Assembly (NCBI GenBank): GCA_031763465.1
Contig: JARFOE010000046.1
Span: 9,777,133-9,819,345 of the forward strand
Source of the DNA: Squatina squatina
Lineage: Eukaryota
Direction: 5' to 3'
Length of the DNA stretch: 42,213 nucleotides
Shown: piece after piece, positions 1 through 11,559 of the stretch
Position numbering within the stretch: position 1 is the stretch's first letter
How the letters are laid out: the number at the start of each line of letters is the position of its first letter
Notes under the pieces: model-generated
Told to the model about the DNA's origin: nothing
Database searches by the model: none
What the model saw: only the letters and a program-made list of their open reading frames with translations
Made by a program: the position numbers and the translations under genes

Positions 1-39
1 CGCCTCTGATGGATATACCTGCATGTGGCGTCACACTTG

Positions 40-113
40 TATGGAAGATAGGAAAAAGAGGCGGCCACTCAGCCCCTCGAGCCTGTTCCGCTATCCAATG
101 AGATCATGGCTGA
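40..113 (-). mobile_element. CR1 LINE 3' end fragment
   Basis: ggccactcagcccctcgagcctgttccgc...atcatggctga is the reverse complement of the typical CR1 3' UTR; same motif at about 32505-32560. Confidence 0.7.
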
Positions 114-1511
114 AAATGTAAGTTCGTTCCATAAGGCCGTTACACCCAATGCAGAGTTTAATTTCGTTGTGTCTCTTTGAAGCAGAATTGTAATAAACAT
201 TAAAATGATTAGGCTAAAAAATAGCAAAAACTAATATTAAAAAAATAGGAAATAATATACTGCATTACACTCGAGGACATCCAATGTCAGAAATGGCATT
301 TGTATTTCAAATGTGTTTTTTTACATTTACAAGGAAAATCTGTTTTACAAGATCTGTGTTGAACTTGGAGATATGATGTCTCTTTTTATAAGCACTAACA
401 CCATCACCGACATTATCCGCAGAAGCTGAAAGCAATTAGATTGCATTCTTCAGAAGCTTCTTTGAAACGATTGCTGAGCTACTGGTGAGAGTGATTAGTA
501 AATATTGTATTTATATTCTATTCCCAGCTGAGCACATCTCCAGGCAAACATTTTATTATGAAAATGATAATGAAGCCTGCTTGTTCTAAAGTCTCCATTC
601 GCTTGGACGAAAGCAGCCAGAAATTGGATTTTTGCTTGATGAATATGCAGTTTTCTTTGAGTAATGCATACTTTAAGTTTGCTTGTGTATGGTATAACAA
701 AAAAAGCTATCTACTTGTGACCTTCCTCAGCGATAGACTTTGCAGCGTAAAAGCTTTTTGCTGTAAGTATTTTTCCCTCCATTACACTAATGTGTTGGGC
801 ATCTGTCAATTATTCTCAAGTGCTCCATAATGTCACTAATGTACTTTACCACATAGTTGAGTTGCAGATGCAGTGCACAGGAGAATATGCTACATTTAGT
901 ACTGCGTTTAATGAAGGGAAGGGTTTAAAGGCTAGCTTTTCAGTTGATGAATCTATTTTCCTCCCTCTTGCATAGCTTGGGTTCACTTGCTTTTCATTTT
1001 GCAAAATGAAATGATGGAAATTATTTCAACGGAATTGCTCTGGAGCTCAACCGTGCACATCATGTGCAATGCCCTGAAGGAGTCTTTATGCTCATGGGTA
1101 TTCTCTGCAGCATTTTCTGAAGGTCATTTTTCTTTAGGGCATTTCAATCCACTGCCTTGGCTGATTTTCATTGCGTGCAACACCATCGAGTGGAGTACTG
1201 CGAGGACAGGATCATCCTAAAAACCTCGCCCTTCGTCATTAGTGAACATGGGAGGATCTCGGAAAGGCGAAGGACATTGGACTTCATTTCTTTTGGATAG
1301 CGGCCTTTGAGCTGAGATTGTGAGTTCAAATGCTAGGGAAAGCAAGTTAAAATTAGGAAGTTAGGGCTCGGAAGATACTCCGGTGAGTCATTTGACTCCA
1401 AAGGCACTAGGNNNNNNNNNNNNNNNNNNNNNNNNNNNNNNNNNNNNNNNNNNNNNNNNNNNNNNNNNNNNNNNNNNNNNNNNNNNNNNNNNNNNNNNNN
1501 NNNNNNNNNNN

Positions 1512-1542
1512 GCAGGAAGCCTCCGATCGCAATTTCAGGCCC
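1512..1542. mobile_element. Terminus of Harbinger-like MITE family A
   Basis: gatcgcaatttcaggccc followed by AAT; matches termini at 7447, 19268, 31958 and 40721. Confidence 0.6.
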
Positions 1543-1614
1543 AATATGTAGTATGTTAGGGGCCATGTACATGATCTTAAGAACAACTCCAATTTTTAAA
1601 AATTCATTCATGTG

Positions 1615-1668
1615 ATGTAGGCGTCGCTCACAAGGCCAACATTTACTGCCCATCCCTAATTGCCATTG
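1615..1668 (-). mobile_element. CR1/L2-group LINE 3' tail fragment
   Basis: Reverse-complement match to the tail at about 20915-20970 (gggcaataaatgctggccttgccag). Confidence 0.55.
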
Positions 1669-2617
1669 ATACTTAAATCATGAGCAAGTCCATTTGTTTG
1701 CCAACTTACTACCACTTTCTAATCTCGCAGTCAGCTTACCTATTTTAAAATCAATAACTTGTATTTGTTAAGTCCTTTTTTTCTCTGCTATTTTACATTA
1801 GACTGCCGGCTTAAAATAACATTTTAGCATATAAACAAGCTTGCTTTCTCATCTAGATGTTTTATTATGGAAATATATGAGGTTTTGAAGGATCCACTTC
1901 AATTTTGACCTGCCATTAAAAAAAGATAAATTATGACATAAATTGACAACCATTACTTCTGTTCTGAAATAACACTTACAGCAATAATTTGCATGTATTT
2001 ATTTATTCAATTCATCTTTGTTGTGCTATGGACCTAGATTATGGTGATTACTTGTTAATAGCACTGGTTAACATATGTCTGCAAAGATAAATCTATTTGC
2101 CACATTTGAAAATGTAATTTCCAGGAGGTTTAGCATGTCCATTATCTATAACCTGACACCCTTGGAATGGTTGCCGGATGGTGTGACAGGGGGAACTGAT
2201 TCGGTTAATCACAACACACAACGCAAATCTGGAAAACTCCGAACCTGCTATATTGGGGTGATTTGCTGCACAAACAATTTAGTTTTGCACGAAAAGTCCT
2301 GGGCACAGGGAAAATCAGGTTTCTCAGCGATAAGCAAATTGCTGGCTGGAATTTTCCTGTTGTCGCNNNNNNNNNNNNNNNNNNNNNNNNNNNNNNNNNN
2401 NNNNNNNNNNNNNNNNNNNNNNNNNNNNNNNNNNNNNNNNNNNNNNNNNNNNNNNNNNNNNNNNNNGCAGTTGAATAGTTCAATCAGTGATATTGAGGCT
2501 CTTCTCAGATAAATCCCCTTATTACTTGGACTCTAGGTAAGCCAGCTGATTTTGCAATATTTCAGTTCGCACTGTGACACTGAAACAAACTCAACTCAAA
2601 TATCACGAGTATCTTCA

Positions 2618-2732
2618 TTACTGGAAAATTAAGCCTAAACTACAGGAAGGACAGGAGTAGCTTTACTACCGTAATAAACCTAAACTACAGGAATATTAGG
2701 AGTAGTTTTATTACTGGAATATTGGCCCTAAA
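2618..2732. repeat. Short degenerate tandem repeat (about 43-45 bp unit, about 2.5 copies)
   Basis: cctaaactacaggaa...aggagtag occurs twice; ttactggaa...cctaaa occurs at both ends. Confidence 0.65.
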
Positions 2733-3221
2733 TTTCAAAAATAAATACCTAAAACAATTCTAATTAAAATGAAGTTGTTTCATTCATTTCTCTGTGTTGC
2801 TGGTTCTCCCCTGCTCCCTTTTTTTTGTCCCACTTTTGTGCTAGTAATTGGGACATACACAATAATGAAGTTAGTGTTCCCTGGGTGATGCTGGATGAGG
2901 TGACTGTGTGCGTGTGTGGACTAATCATTCCATCTGTGTCGATGGGTTTAGGCCCTCGGTTATTTACTACTGTGTCATCCTATGATTGAATTCAAGGTTC
3001 AAGCTTGGATTAATCCAGCTGTTCCCAAGATCCCCGAGTTATTTTGTTTATTGCTTAAATTCTGATTTATTTCCAATTTGCACAAACCTTATGCCATCCT
3101 GCGAGACGACCTCCAGTAACTCGAAGTATCATGCAAAAACTTAAGTTGCAAATATTCGTCAGTTTAAAATTAATTTTTTTTTAGCATCATCCTGTCAAAG
3201 AACATTCAACTAAGCCACCAC

Positions 3222-3408
3222 GGGGGTGAAATTTGGAAGCACCACGCTAGAAAAGTTGCACCACTTTTTAGCGCCTTAATCTCTCCAGGCTGTAAAGGCG
3301 TTATTTAGATGCAAAATTCAGCAACGCTTTCATTTTTTTCAGGAGTGGTGCTGTTCGGAGGCACTAACAGCTGAGTGGAGGCGCTGATGCCAGAGTCCAT
3401 CCACTGAC
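3222..3408. mobile_element. Harbinger-like DNA transposon/MITE terminus
   Basis: Starts GGGGGTGAAATTT, similar to the other GG(N)GAAATT termini in the window; GC-rich subterminal region running into a gap. Confidence 0.45.
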
Positions 3409-4389
3409 NNNNNNNNNNNNNNNNNNNNNNNNNNNNNNNNNNNNNNNNNNNNNNNNNNNNNNNNNNNNNNNNNNNNNNNNNNNNNNNNNNNNNNNNNNNN
3501 NNNNNNNNGATGCCAGCAGTTATCTGGTGGATGGGTCATTTAAATTAAAGGGTGTTATTAACAGTGAGGGCACCCCTTGCCCCCCTTCAACAACACCCCC
3601 ACCCCCCATCAGTGTACCCCAATTGTGGGCACCTCTCAGTCAGGCTGTTATGTTAGAATAAAGATTATGAGCAGTATTCTTGAATTTTCTTCAGGTGTAT
3701 CAACCGGGCTCCTTTGGAAACTGACTTCTGAATAAGGGCAGCACCGAGCAGAGGTTGGTATCAGAATTATAAAGACAGACGCTACCTCAATTCTCCTGGA
3801 AGTCTCTGAAGTTGATGAGATTTGAAAAAAAGGGGTTCCAACAGAGCTGTGGTATTCTACAGAACTCTGCTCAACTCCTCCAGGAATTCATATAAAACAA
3901 TCTTTGAGAATTTTCAATAACTGCAGGACTGCGCTTGAACTACAAAGGATTTATGGTCCTGAAAGTCTAGATTTGATATTCCAAGCGATTGTGCTTCAGA
4001 TGTTTTCGCAACGAAGTCGGTAAGAGAACGGAATACTACACCAAGAATATTAAATATATGTGCATTAAATATACACTCCAACATGACAATGCAAACATTT
4101 CCCCCTGAACACCTTGGACCTTGAAACGATGGTTTCACTTAAAAAAAAACATCAACATCAGTTTTTCTGAAAATTTTAAACTTTTAAAATGTGCAGAACA
4201 GAGAGTTTTGGACTTTGTAAGCTTCTGAAAAACTTTTCTGGAGAAATTCAGTAATTTACTGTAGGTTAACCTTTAAGTGCAAAAGGCTTTAAAAGCTGGA
4301 AAGATTTTAGCTTCCAATTACACTGGGTGCTTTAGAACAATGCTATTTAAGTGTATGTTAAAAATTACAGACATTAAATGATCATGGAC

Positions 4390-4538
4390 AGCACCCACTA
4401 TAATCCCACTGCCTCCCACAGCTACTTGGACGACACTTGCTCCCACCCCGCTTCTTGCAAAGACTCCATCCCATTCTCCCAGTTCTCCTGTCTCCATCGC
4501 ATCTGTTCTGACAACACCACCTTTCATACCAGTGCTTC
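4390..4538 (+). mobile_element. Penelope-like element ORF fragment (RT C-terminal/thumb region)
   Basis: HYNPTASHSYLDDTCSHPASCKDSIPFSQFSCLHRICSDNTTF resembles the PLE motif YKPTDSHSYLDY-SSHP--CK-SIPFSQFLRLRRICS. Confidence 0.8.
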
Positions 4539-5027
4539 NNNNNNNNNNNNNNNNNNNNNNNNNNNNNNNNNNNNNNNNNNNNNNNNNNNNNNNNNNNNNN
4601 NNNNNNNNNNNNNNNNNNNNNNNNNNNNNNNNNNNNNNCATTTTGCGAACAAGCATAATTTTCTGTCCGCCATTAGCTGCTGTACTCCGATTGAGAAGGA
4701 AGTGTCAGCTCTGAAAGTGCCAGCTACGCATTGACCCAACAGTTCAGGCAATAGAATGTGCCAGCTGTTAGCTTGCTGATTAAGATTGTTGGTCACATTG
4801 AGAGTGCAACAAATTCATGGAATAATTTGAGAGCCTGCATAGCTAGAATCATTTCCCTGGTGAGGCAGGTTTGGCGATGCTATTCCTTCCATCACTTCTC
4901 TGTCGCTCTGAAAATAGGATGGAGAAATCTTCTAATAGTTTCTAAATCCAGGTGAGATGGATTGTCTGGAGCTTGGCAGGAAGGGACACTGCTGACTTTC
5001 TCGACAAGTTGTCTTTTATTACTGCCA

Positions 5028-5160
5028 ACTTGGCTCAGTGCCAGTATTCTCACATTTAGAAAATTTAGGTCTCAAGCCCCAATCTTGGACTGGAGCACAT
5101 CATCTAGACTGGCAGCTTAGTACAGCACTGAAGTGAGTACTGCATTGTTAGAGGTGCCAG
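5028..5160 (+). mobile_element. Deu-domain tRNA-derived SINE (SacSINE1-like), 5' part
   Basis: tggctcagtg A-box head and gagcac...gcactgaag...ctgcattgttagaggtgcc, homologous to the copy at 13985. Confidence 0.6.
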
Positions 5161-5169
5161 CTGAGGGTA

Positions 5170-5602
5170 AAAAGAAAGAGAATTTACATTGATATTGCAC
5201 CTTTCATGGTCTCGAGACATCCCAAAGTGCTTTTGTCCAATTAAGTATTGTATGTAATGTAGGGAAACATGACAGCTAATGTGCACACTGCAAGGTCCCA
5301 CAAACAGCAAGTGAGGTAAATGAACTGTTAATCTGTTTTGGTGATGTTGGTTGAGGGAAGAATATTGACTGGGGCACCGTAAGAACTCCCAACTCTTTTA
5401 TGAATAGTGCCATGGGATCTTTTGCTTGCGGGCAGACAAGTCCTTGGTTTACTGCCCATTGAAAGAGGTCACCTCCAACAATACGGCATTCCCTTGATAC
5501 TGCACTGAAGTGTCAGCCTGGATTAAGTGATCAAGTCCTTAAGTGGGCCTTGCACCTACAACTTGTGACTCCAAGGCAAGACTGCCATCACTCAACCAAG
5601 TT
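5170..5602 (-). mobile_element. Deu-domain tRNA-derived SINE (SacSINE1-like), near full length
   Basis: Reverse complement of the copies at 13985-14710 and 38092-38505 (gatcccatggcactatt core, L2-like tail). Confidence 0.75.
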
Positions 5603-5684
5603 GACGTGCAGTTAAACTAATAGCATTTGAGAGCTTTCCTATAAGCTCTGTGGATAAGGATAACTGCAATGTCGAATATAGTGT

Positions 5685-5925
5685 GCCATATAGCCGAGGA
5701 AAGTGTCCAGGTCAATCCCTGGTCTGTACTGAGTTAGCACATCTCAGGGTATCAGCAGTGGTACAAAAATTGGCTATGGTATTCCTGGTCTCGGGCATAG
5801 GGGAAAAAAATAGGTTTGTTACCTATTCTAGATATTATTCATTGATGCACCCCTCCCCTCTTTTGCTGAAAAGTGCATATATGTGGCCAAGTGAGCACTG
5901 GCTGGGAAGTTCCTTGAGAGTTGTG
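5685..5925 (+). mobile_element. Second tRNA-headed SINE family, degenerate copy
   Basis: ccaggtcaatccctggtctgtactgagttagc..atctcag; related segments at 13730-13890, 28295-28580 and 37140-37300. Confidence 0.55.
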
Positions 5926-6030
5926 CGTGTNNNNNNNNNNNNNNNNNNNNNNNNNNNNNNNNNNNNNNNNNNNNNNNNNNNNNNNNNNNNNNNNNNNNNN
6001 NNNNNNNNNNNNNNNNNNNNNNNNNNNNNN

Positions 6031-6455
6031 GTCTGATGACTCTAGGGCCGGCTCAACGATGGCGGCCATAGCGTGGTCCGGGCTGGCGTCATGCAACCCG
6101 GCACTTCATCTTGGGTGCCGGACTGCAGGCCCATCGCACGCTGCCCTGGAGGCCTAGTGGAGGCCATCAGAGGCCTTGCAGAGTGCGCAGCGGTCCTCCT
6201 CTTTAATCAAAGGGGAGGGGCATTGAAACGTGTCAGCGCTGCCCGGAACATCTGCATAGCGCTTCCCTCGGCGCCCCAGTAGTGCCCCGGGAACCACCCC
6301 CAAAGTAAATGGAGCATGCAAGATTGCACTCTGCTTCCTTTGACGGGCGGTAATGGCAATTCCGCTGCAGGAGCAGGACTCCTGGACCCGGCACTAAAAG
6401 TCCCACCCCCAATAATTTACCGCCCCCAATCGGGGCGCTGGTCAATTTCGCCCCC
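6031..6455. mobile_element. GC/CpG-rich Harbinger-like element end
   Basis: Sharp GC-rich block ending caatttcgccccc (GGGGGCGAAATTG terminus) next to a gap; high CpG retention suggests a young insertion. Confidence 0.55.
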
Positions 6456-7109
6456 ATGGAGCACCACATCTTTCTATTAACTTCTTATGAATATTGAACA
6501 GGCAAGAGTCATTTATTGTGGAATCTATAAGTTTATTTTCCTTTTATTGTTTGACATTGCCTTTGAATAGAAAAGACACAAGACCTACTTTATATTGTAG
6601 AAAGTCTATACACTGTCACTGCACTTATATTAATGAAGGCCTTTCTTGCTTGCTGACATTTCTTACTTTGGATATACTAATGGCAGAAAATAAGTAGATT
6701 AAAGCTCTGCAAATCAATATAAATGCTGATCAGAATTCATGGTGAGTTCCAGTTCAGTCAGAGTTGGTTGCACTGTGTAAATCTGACAGTAGGTTTGATT
6801 CGTGCGACACAGGAAAGTATCTTTTTTCTGTCAATTTCTGTTGGTCTAACTTTGTTTTTGAATTGATTTTCTATTCCTCACTGATTCTGAACTGTGCTCA
6901 CTGTCTATCGGCAGTGAGCGGAGGGAGTCGGGCAATGGGCCGGAGAGTTTCTTTACTTCTTGTTCTCAGTGAAAGGGGGTTCACTTCTTTGCCTCCATCC
7001 AACATCTTGGGTCTAAAATATGGGTGGGTAACAGGATGGTCACTTTGTTGTCAAGTTCAAAACAGTATTGGGTTGAAGACCTTCCAACTCTTAGAGGATT
7101 CTCTGTTCC

Positions 7110-7385
7110 TCCAACTCTACACACTTCCATCGCTTCACCATCAGTGGCCGTGCCTTCAGCTGCCTAGGCCCTAAGCTCTGGAATATCCTCCCCAAATTTC
7201 TTTGCCTCTCTCCCTCTCTCTCCTCCTTTAAGGCCCTACTTTGAAATTCCCTCTTTGACCGAAGCCTGTCTTAATGTTTCCTCTTTTGACCCGGCACCAA
7301 TTTTTGTTTCAATAACGTTCTTGTGAAGCACCTTGGAATGTTTCACCGCTGTAAAGGCACTATAACAATGCAAGTTGTTGTTGAA
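7110..7385 (+). mobile_element. L2 LINE 3' end
   Basis: ggccgtgccttcagctgcctaggccctaagctctggaa...gtgaagcaccttggaatg...aaaggcactat..aatgcaagttgttgttg; homologous to 35065-35455 and 41088-41385. Confidence 0.75.
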
Positions 7386-7446
7386 ATGCAGGATGAAATT
7401 CAAGGCTGCGTTCTAATGTTTTCTTCAGCGCTGGTGAAAATACATT

Positions 7447-7570
7447 GGGCCTTAAATTGCGAGCTCACCAGATGAGAACGATGTTCCCACGCGCCCGGGG
7501 AGGCATTGCAAAAGCCGGTTATGGGGCTGTACATCTTAAGCCAGCATAACCGGCATTTGCGATCTGTCCA
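7447..7570. mobile_element. Terminus of Harbinger-like MITE family A (opposite orientation)
   Basis: ATT|GGGCCTTAAATTGCGA...gaacgatgttcccacgcgcccgggg is the reverse complement of the ends at 19268 and 40721. Confidence 0.65.
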
Positions 7571-8344
7571 NNNNNNNNNNNNNNNNNNNNNNNNNNNNNN
7601 NNNNNNNNNNNNNNNNNNNNNNNNNNNNNNNNNNNNNNNNNNNNNNNNNNNNNNNNNNNNNNNNNNNNNNGTGTTTGAACGCTCAAATTGTAAAGTGACT
7701 AATTGGGGGCTTCACTGAAAATTTTCAAAGAGTCCCATTTCCAGCGTTAAATTCAGCACTTAGCGCTCGAAACTTTAAAAACCTGAACTGGCCGCCCAAA
7801 AAGTTTTACTTTCTTCGGCTCTGCATTTTTCTTGATAAACAGTTTGCAAGTTGTGGTATTTTTCTTTCTCCTTTGAAACAAGCAGCTAGCAGATGTGAAA
7901 AACAAACTGCTGTGACCCAATGTAAATGACTTCTTCTAATTAGTAATAATTAGTGCTAATTAAGACCTACCAAAATCATAAGGAAATGAAACCATTGGGT
8001 ATTGCTAATTAAGGATACTGGAGTCCCTGAGTAATAGGAACACATTAATAAGTGTAGTCAATGCAACTGGTAAACAGTCCTCGCATAAGCAAACACTTTC
8101 AAAAGCTCATTTATTTCCTCCATTTGGATTGTCTTGTGAATAATTTTCAGCACATAATGTTTATTAAATAGAAAGATTTTTATTAAAGTCAAACCAACAG
8201 AGGCTTGATGTAGCACAACCTGTTCCTTTAATTCTCAGCGCGGCAAAGGGCGGGAATATTGCTTGATGCTTTCCACACAATACTAAAATACTTATAACTA
8301 TTTTGATACAATATTGGACCTGTGTGAATATTACTTTGATCAAA

Positions 8345-8575
8345 TTCATGCAGCGTTCCATTAGCTTTTTGATTGTATTATGTATCTGTTCATGACATTT
8401 TAACGATCGATGTACCCAGAACCCCAAGTCTTTTTGGACCTTCACTGTTTTTAGCCTTTCACCATTTAGAAAGTCCCCTGTTCTATCCTTTTTGGTCCAA
8501 AGTGCATGACCTCACTTTTGCCGACATTGAAATCCATTCGCCACAGTTTTGCCCATTCACTGAATCTATCGATAT
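8345..8575 (-). mobile_element. CR1 LINE ORF2 RT fragment
   Basis: IDRFSEWAKLWRMDFNVGKSEVMHFG and QKDLGFWVHRSLK. Confidence 0.85.
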
Positions 8576-9869
8576 NNNNNNNNNNNNNNNNNNNNNNNNN
8601 NNNNNNNNNNNNNNNNNNNNNNNNNNNNNNNNNNNNNNNNNNNNNNNNNNNNNNNNNNNNNNNNNNNNNNNNNNNTGCCACTCCACATTTGTATTGTCCT
8701 GTTGCTGTTGAGGTTTAAAAAAATCCAGATTCAATAAGAAATGAATAAGAGCACATTTCCGTACTGTTTTATTTTTGCCAACAAGGCTGCAAGCAGACAC
8801 CTTTTGCAGACTTCTGCCCTGTAGTGACACTGTAACATTTCTGCTTTAGCGACACTATGAATGCAAACAGCGAGGCATGAGGACCACAGTCTCTATTCAT
8901 GAAGCCACTGCAGCAGCGATCAGTGGTTGCTGTCAGGCTACTTCTGATCGAAAAGAAATCGACAGAGAAAGAAAAAAAAAACAACGGACACTTCCCTTTC
9001 TGACACACTTCACACTCTGCACCAAAGAAAGCTGAATCCAGTTCCCCTTTAAAGTGGTGATGGTGCAGTTCTGTGCTGAATTTGTGAAATGTTAACTGTG
9101 TAATAAGCTCTTTGGTTGTCCCTGGGTATAAAGCTGAATTTTGCGTTTATCGTATAACACGGTGACTTTGTAATAAATAGTTTACCGACACTGAAAAACG
9201 TTCGTTTGATGAAATGGGGAGATGAAAGGGCGCTGGAGCAATATTGCATTGTTTGGTGGATCGGTGTCAGCTCAGCTTGACATCGCTTTCAGCCACATGG
9301 AGCTGTGGGAATACATGTTCTTTGAAATGATTCGTACTGCCTTGTAAATTCCTGCTGTGAAAATAACTACATCCTACCCAACACCTACCCAATTGACAGC
9401 ACTGGTACAAGAGATTTGCACTTTCCCATTCCAGTCACTTTGGCGTACTCACTGGTTTCTTTACAGAGAGTCTGTCTATATAGTGATAGGCTATATTGGC
9501 TGAGAGAGTTTACTGCTGTTTCTCCTTTGTTGAGTGAAATTACCCCTGACAATGAGATGTTTCAGTGGGAGAATGCTGCACTCAAGATATTAATGGGCTT
9601 ATACCCAGCTCCTAGTAAGCAATCAGCAAGTACTTCGAGAGATCTATTGTACAAAAAGGTAGACGCAAACATAGCTATAGAATCGGAGCAAATAAAGGGA
9701 ACAAATCCGGTGTTAACTCNNNNNNNNNNNNNNNNNNNNNNNNNNNNNNNNNNNNNNNNNNNNNNNNNNNNNNNNNNNNNNNNNNNNNNNNNNNNNNNNN
9801 NNNNNNNNNNNNNNNNNNNATTCACTTCAAAGTTTACCCTCCGTTTAGATTTTGCAGAATAAAGAAATA

Positions 9870-10000
9870 AGAAGCTTGCATTGATATGGCGCCTTTCATG
9901 ACTTCAGGATGCCCAGAAACTTTTCACATTCAATGAATAACTTTTGAAGTGCAGTCTCTGTTGTAACATAGGGAAATGTAGGAGCTAATTTTGGGACAGC
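9870..10000 (-). mobile_element. Deu-SINE 3' fragment
   Basis: cttgcattgatatggcgcctttcatgac...cttttgaagtgcagtc, reverse complement of the SINE tail. Confidence 0.6.
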
Positions 10001-10139
10001 AACAACTCTCCTGCTTCTCTTCAGATAGTGCCATGACATGGAGGCAGGGAAAAATGCCACAGGATCAGGTCCACCCATCCCCAAAAGGATGCCCGAAAAG
10101 CCAAGTTGATGCAAACCCAACAGGATGGGTTTCCGCTAC

Positions 10140-10650
10140 TTTATTCTCTGTGTGGTACCCTGGGCATGAAGCAGAGAAAAACCAGCCCAGTCAAAGCTAT
10201 CGAGGGGGGTGCAGAATAAAATTGCAGTGATGATAACATGGAGGAGAGGACTTAGTAATGAGGAGACAACCGAGAAACCGGAGCCCTTTTCTTTAGCACA
10301 GAGAGGATTCGAGGTGAGCTAACTGATCTGTTCGAAGTGCTGAAGTTTTGATGAGGTAAATCAGGAAAATCTATTCCCATTGGTTGATGAATTGGTAAAT
10401 AGAGGCCATAAATTTAAGACCATCACCAAAGGAACAAAGGGAGAGGTTGGGAGAAATCTATTTTTTCACAGCAGGTTGTTGCCACATGGAATACCACACC
10501 AGAAACAGTGGTGGAGGTTTTCTTTTTAAAGAAAATGAGCACATATTTGAAGAATAAAATATTAAAGAGTAAGCGGAAGGAACGGGAGAAGTTGATTATG
10601 TTGTTAGCTGGCACAACCATAATGGGCTGAATGGCCTCCTACAGTATGGT
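10140..10650 (+). mobile_element. Old CR1 LINE 3' end
   Basis: Decayed ORF2 end (agaggccataaatttaag...tttttcacagcaggttgt..tggaat) and tail atgggctgaatggcctcct. Confidence 0.7.
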
Positions 10651-11489
10651 AAAAATCTAGAAAACAACTGCGGCAGTAACACTCCAGACCTTCTGGTTGT
10701 TTCAAGCATCCAATACTGAAAGCGTATTGAGAGTTTTAGAAGCTGATTGTTCTTTGGTGACTGATGATGCATGTGCTTCTAACAATGTGAACTGTCCTTG
10801 GTTTGCCCTGAATGTGGAATTTAACTCCAATTTCAGCAGGTCAGCCGGTATTGCCTTGGAATGATATTTTCATTCTCTATGATCTCCAGTCTGTCTATCC
10901 AAGTGAATCCTTGTGCACATACGTTACTGGGGACCAGACAGATACATGAAAAATCCATTTCTTCAAGGCACTTGAGTGGATACTGCCTCAACTCATGTAA
11001 TATATCTTTGTAATATATCCTCTGTTTAGATTGGATTTCAGTTCATCATCCAGAGCTACAGGAGCAAAGTTTGAAAACATTGTTCTGTCAATACTCTGAT
11101 TTGAGTGGTTTTTACTTCACTGCAATGTTGATGTTAGAGTTCAAGCAGAGTCACAACTGCAATCTGTCTCCTTATCCCATTTGGGAACTGAAACTCCCAG
11201 TAATTGTCGGTGGCGCAGAACCCAGAGAAGATGCACAAATCCCTTTGCACAGTGTAACTCAGGCACCCAACACAAAGTTACCACAATGCACAATATTGTG
11301 GCACTTTCATACCAATGCCGTGAATGCAGGAACTTCTGCAGAGCTGTAAACCAGCATCGAATGCCAACTTGGGGTGGCAGTATAAATCAGCTCTCCACAA
11401 CCACAGTGACCCCAAGAGCCCATCAAGTCTCAGTTCAGTTCAGCAGTCCAACTTGGCCCTCAAATGCTGGTGGCTGCCTGACTTCTTAT

Positions 11490-11559
11490 CCTCCGCTCAG
11501 TCCATAAGCGTGACCCTGAGCTTCCGGTCGCCTGTCACTTTAATTCTCCGCTTCATTCC
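11490..11559 (+). mobile_element. Penelope-like GIY-YIG endonuclease fragment
   Basis: Translates LRSVHKRDPELPVACHFNSPLHS, typical of the PLE endonuclease C-terminus. Confidence 0.75.

Noticed and set aside
2618-2732. Spaced repeats as a CRISPR-like array
   Set aside because: Eukaryotic context with only 2-3 degenerate tandem units and no unique spacers.
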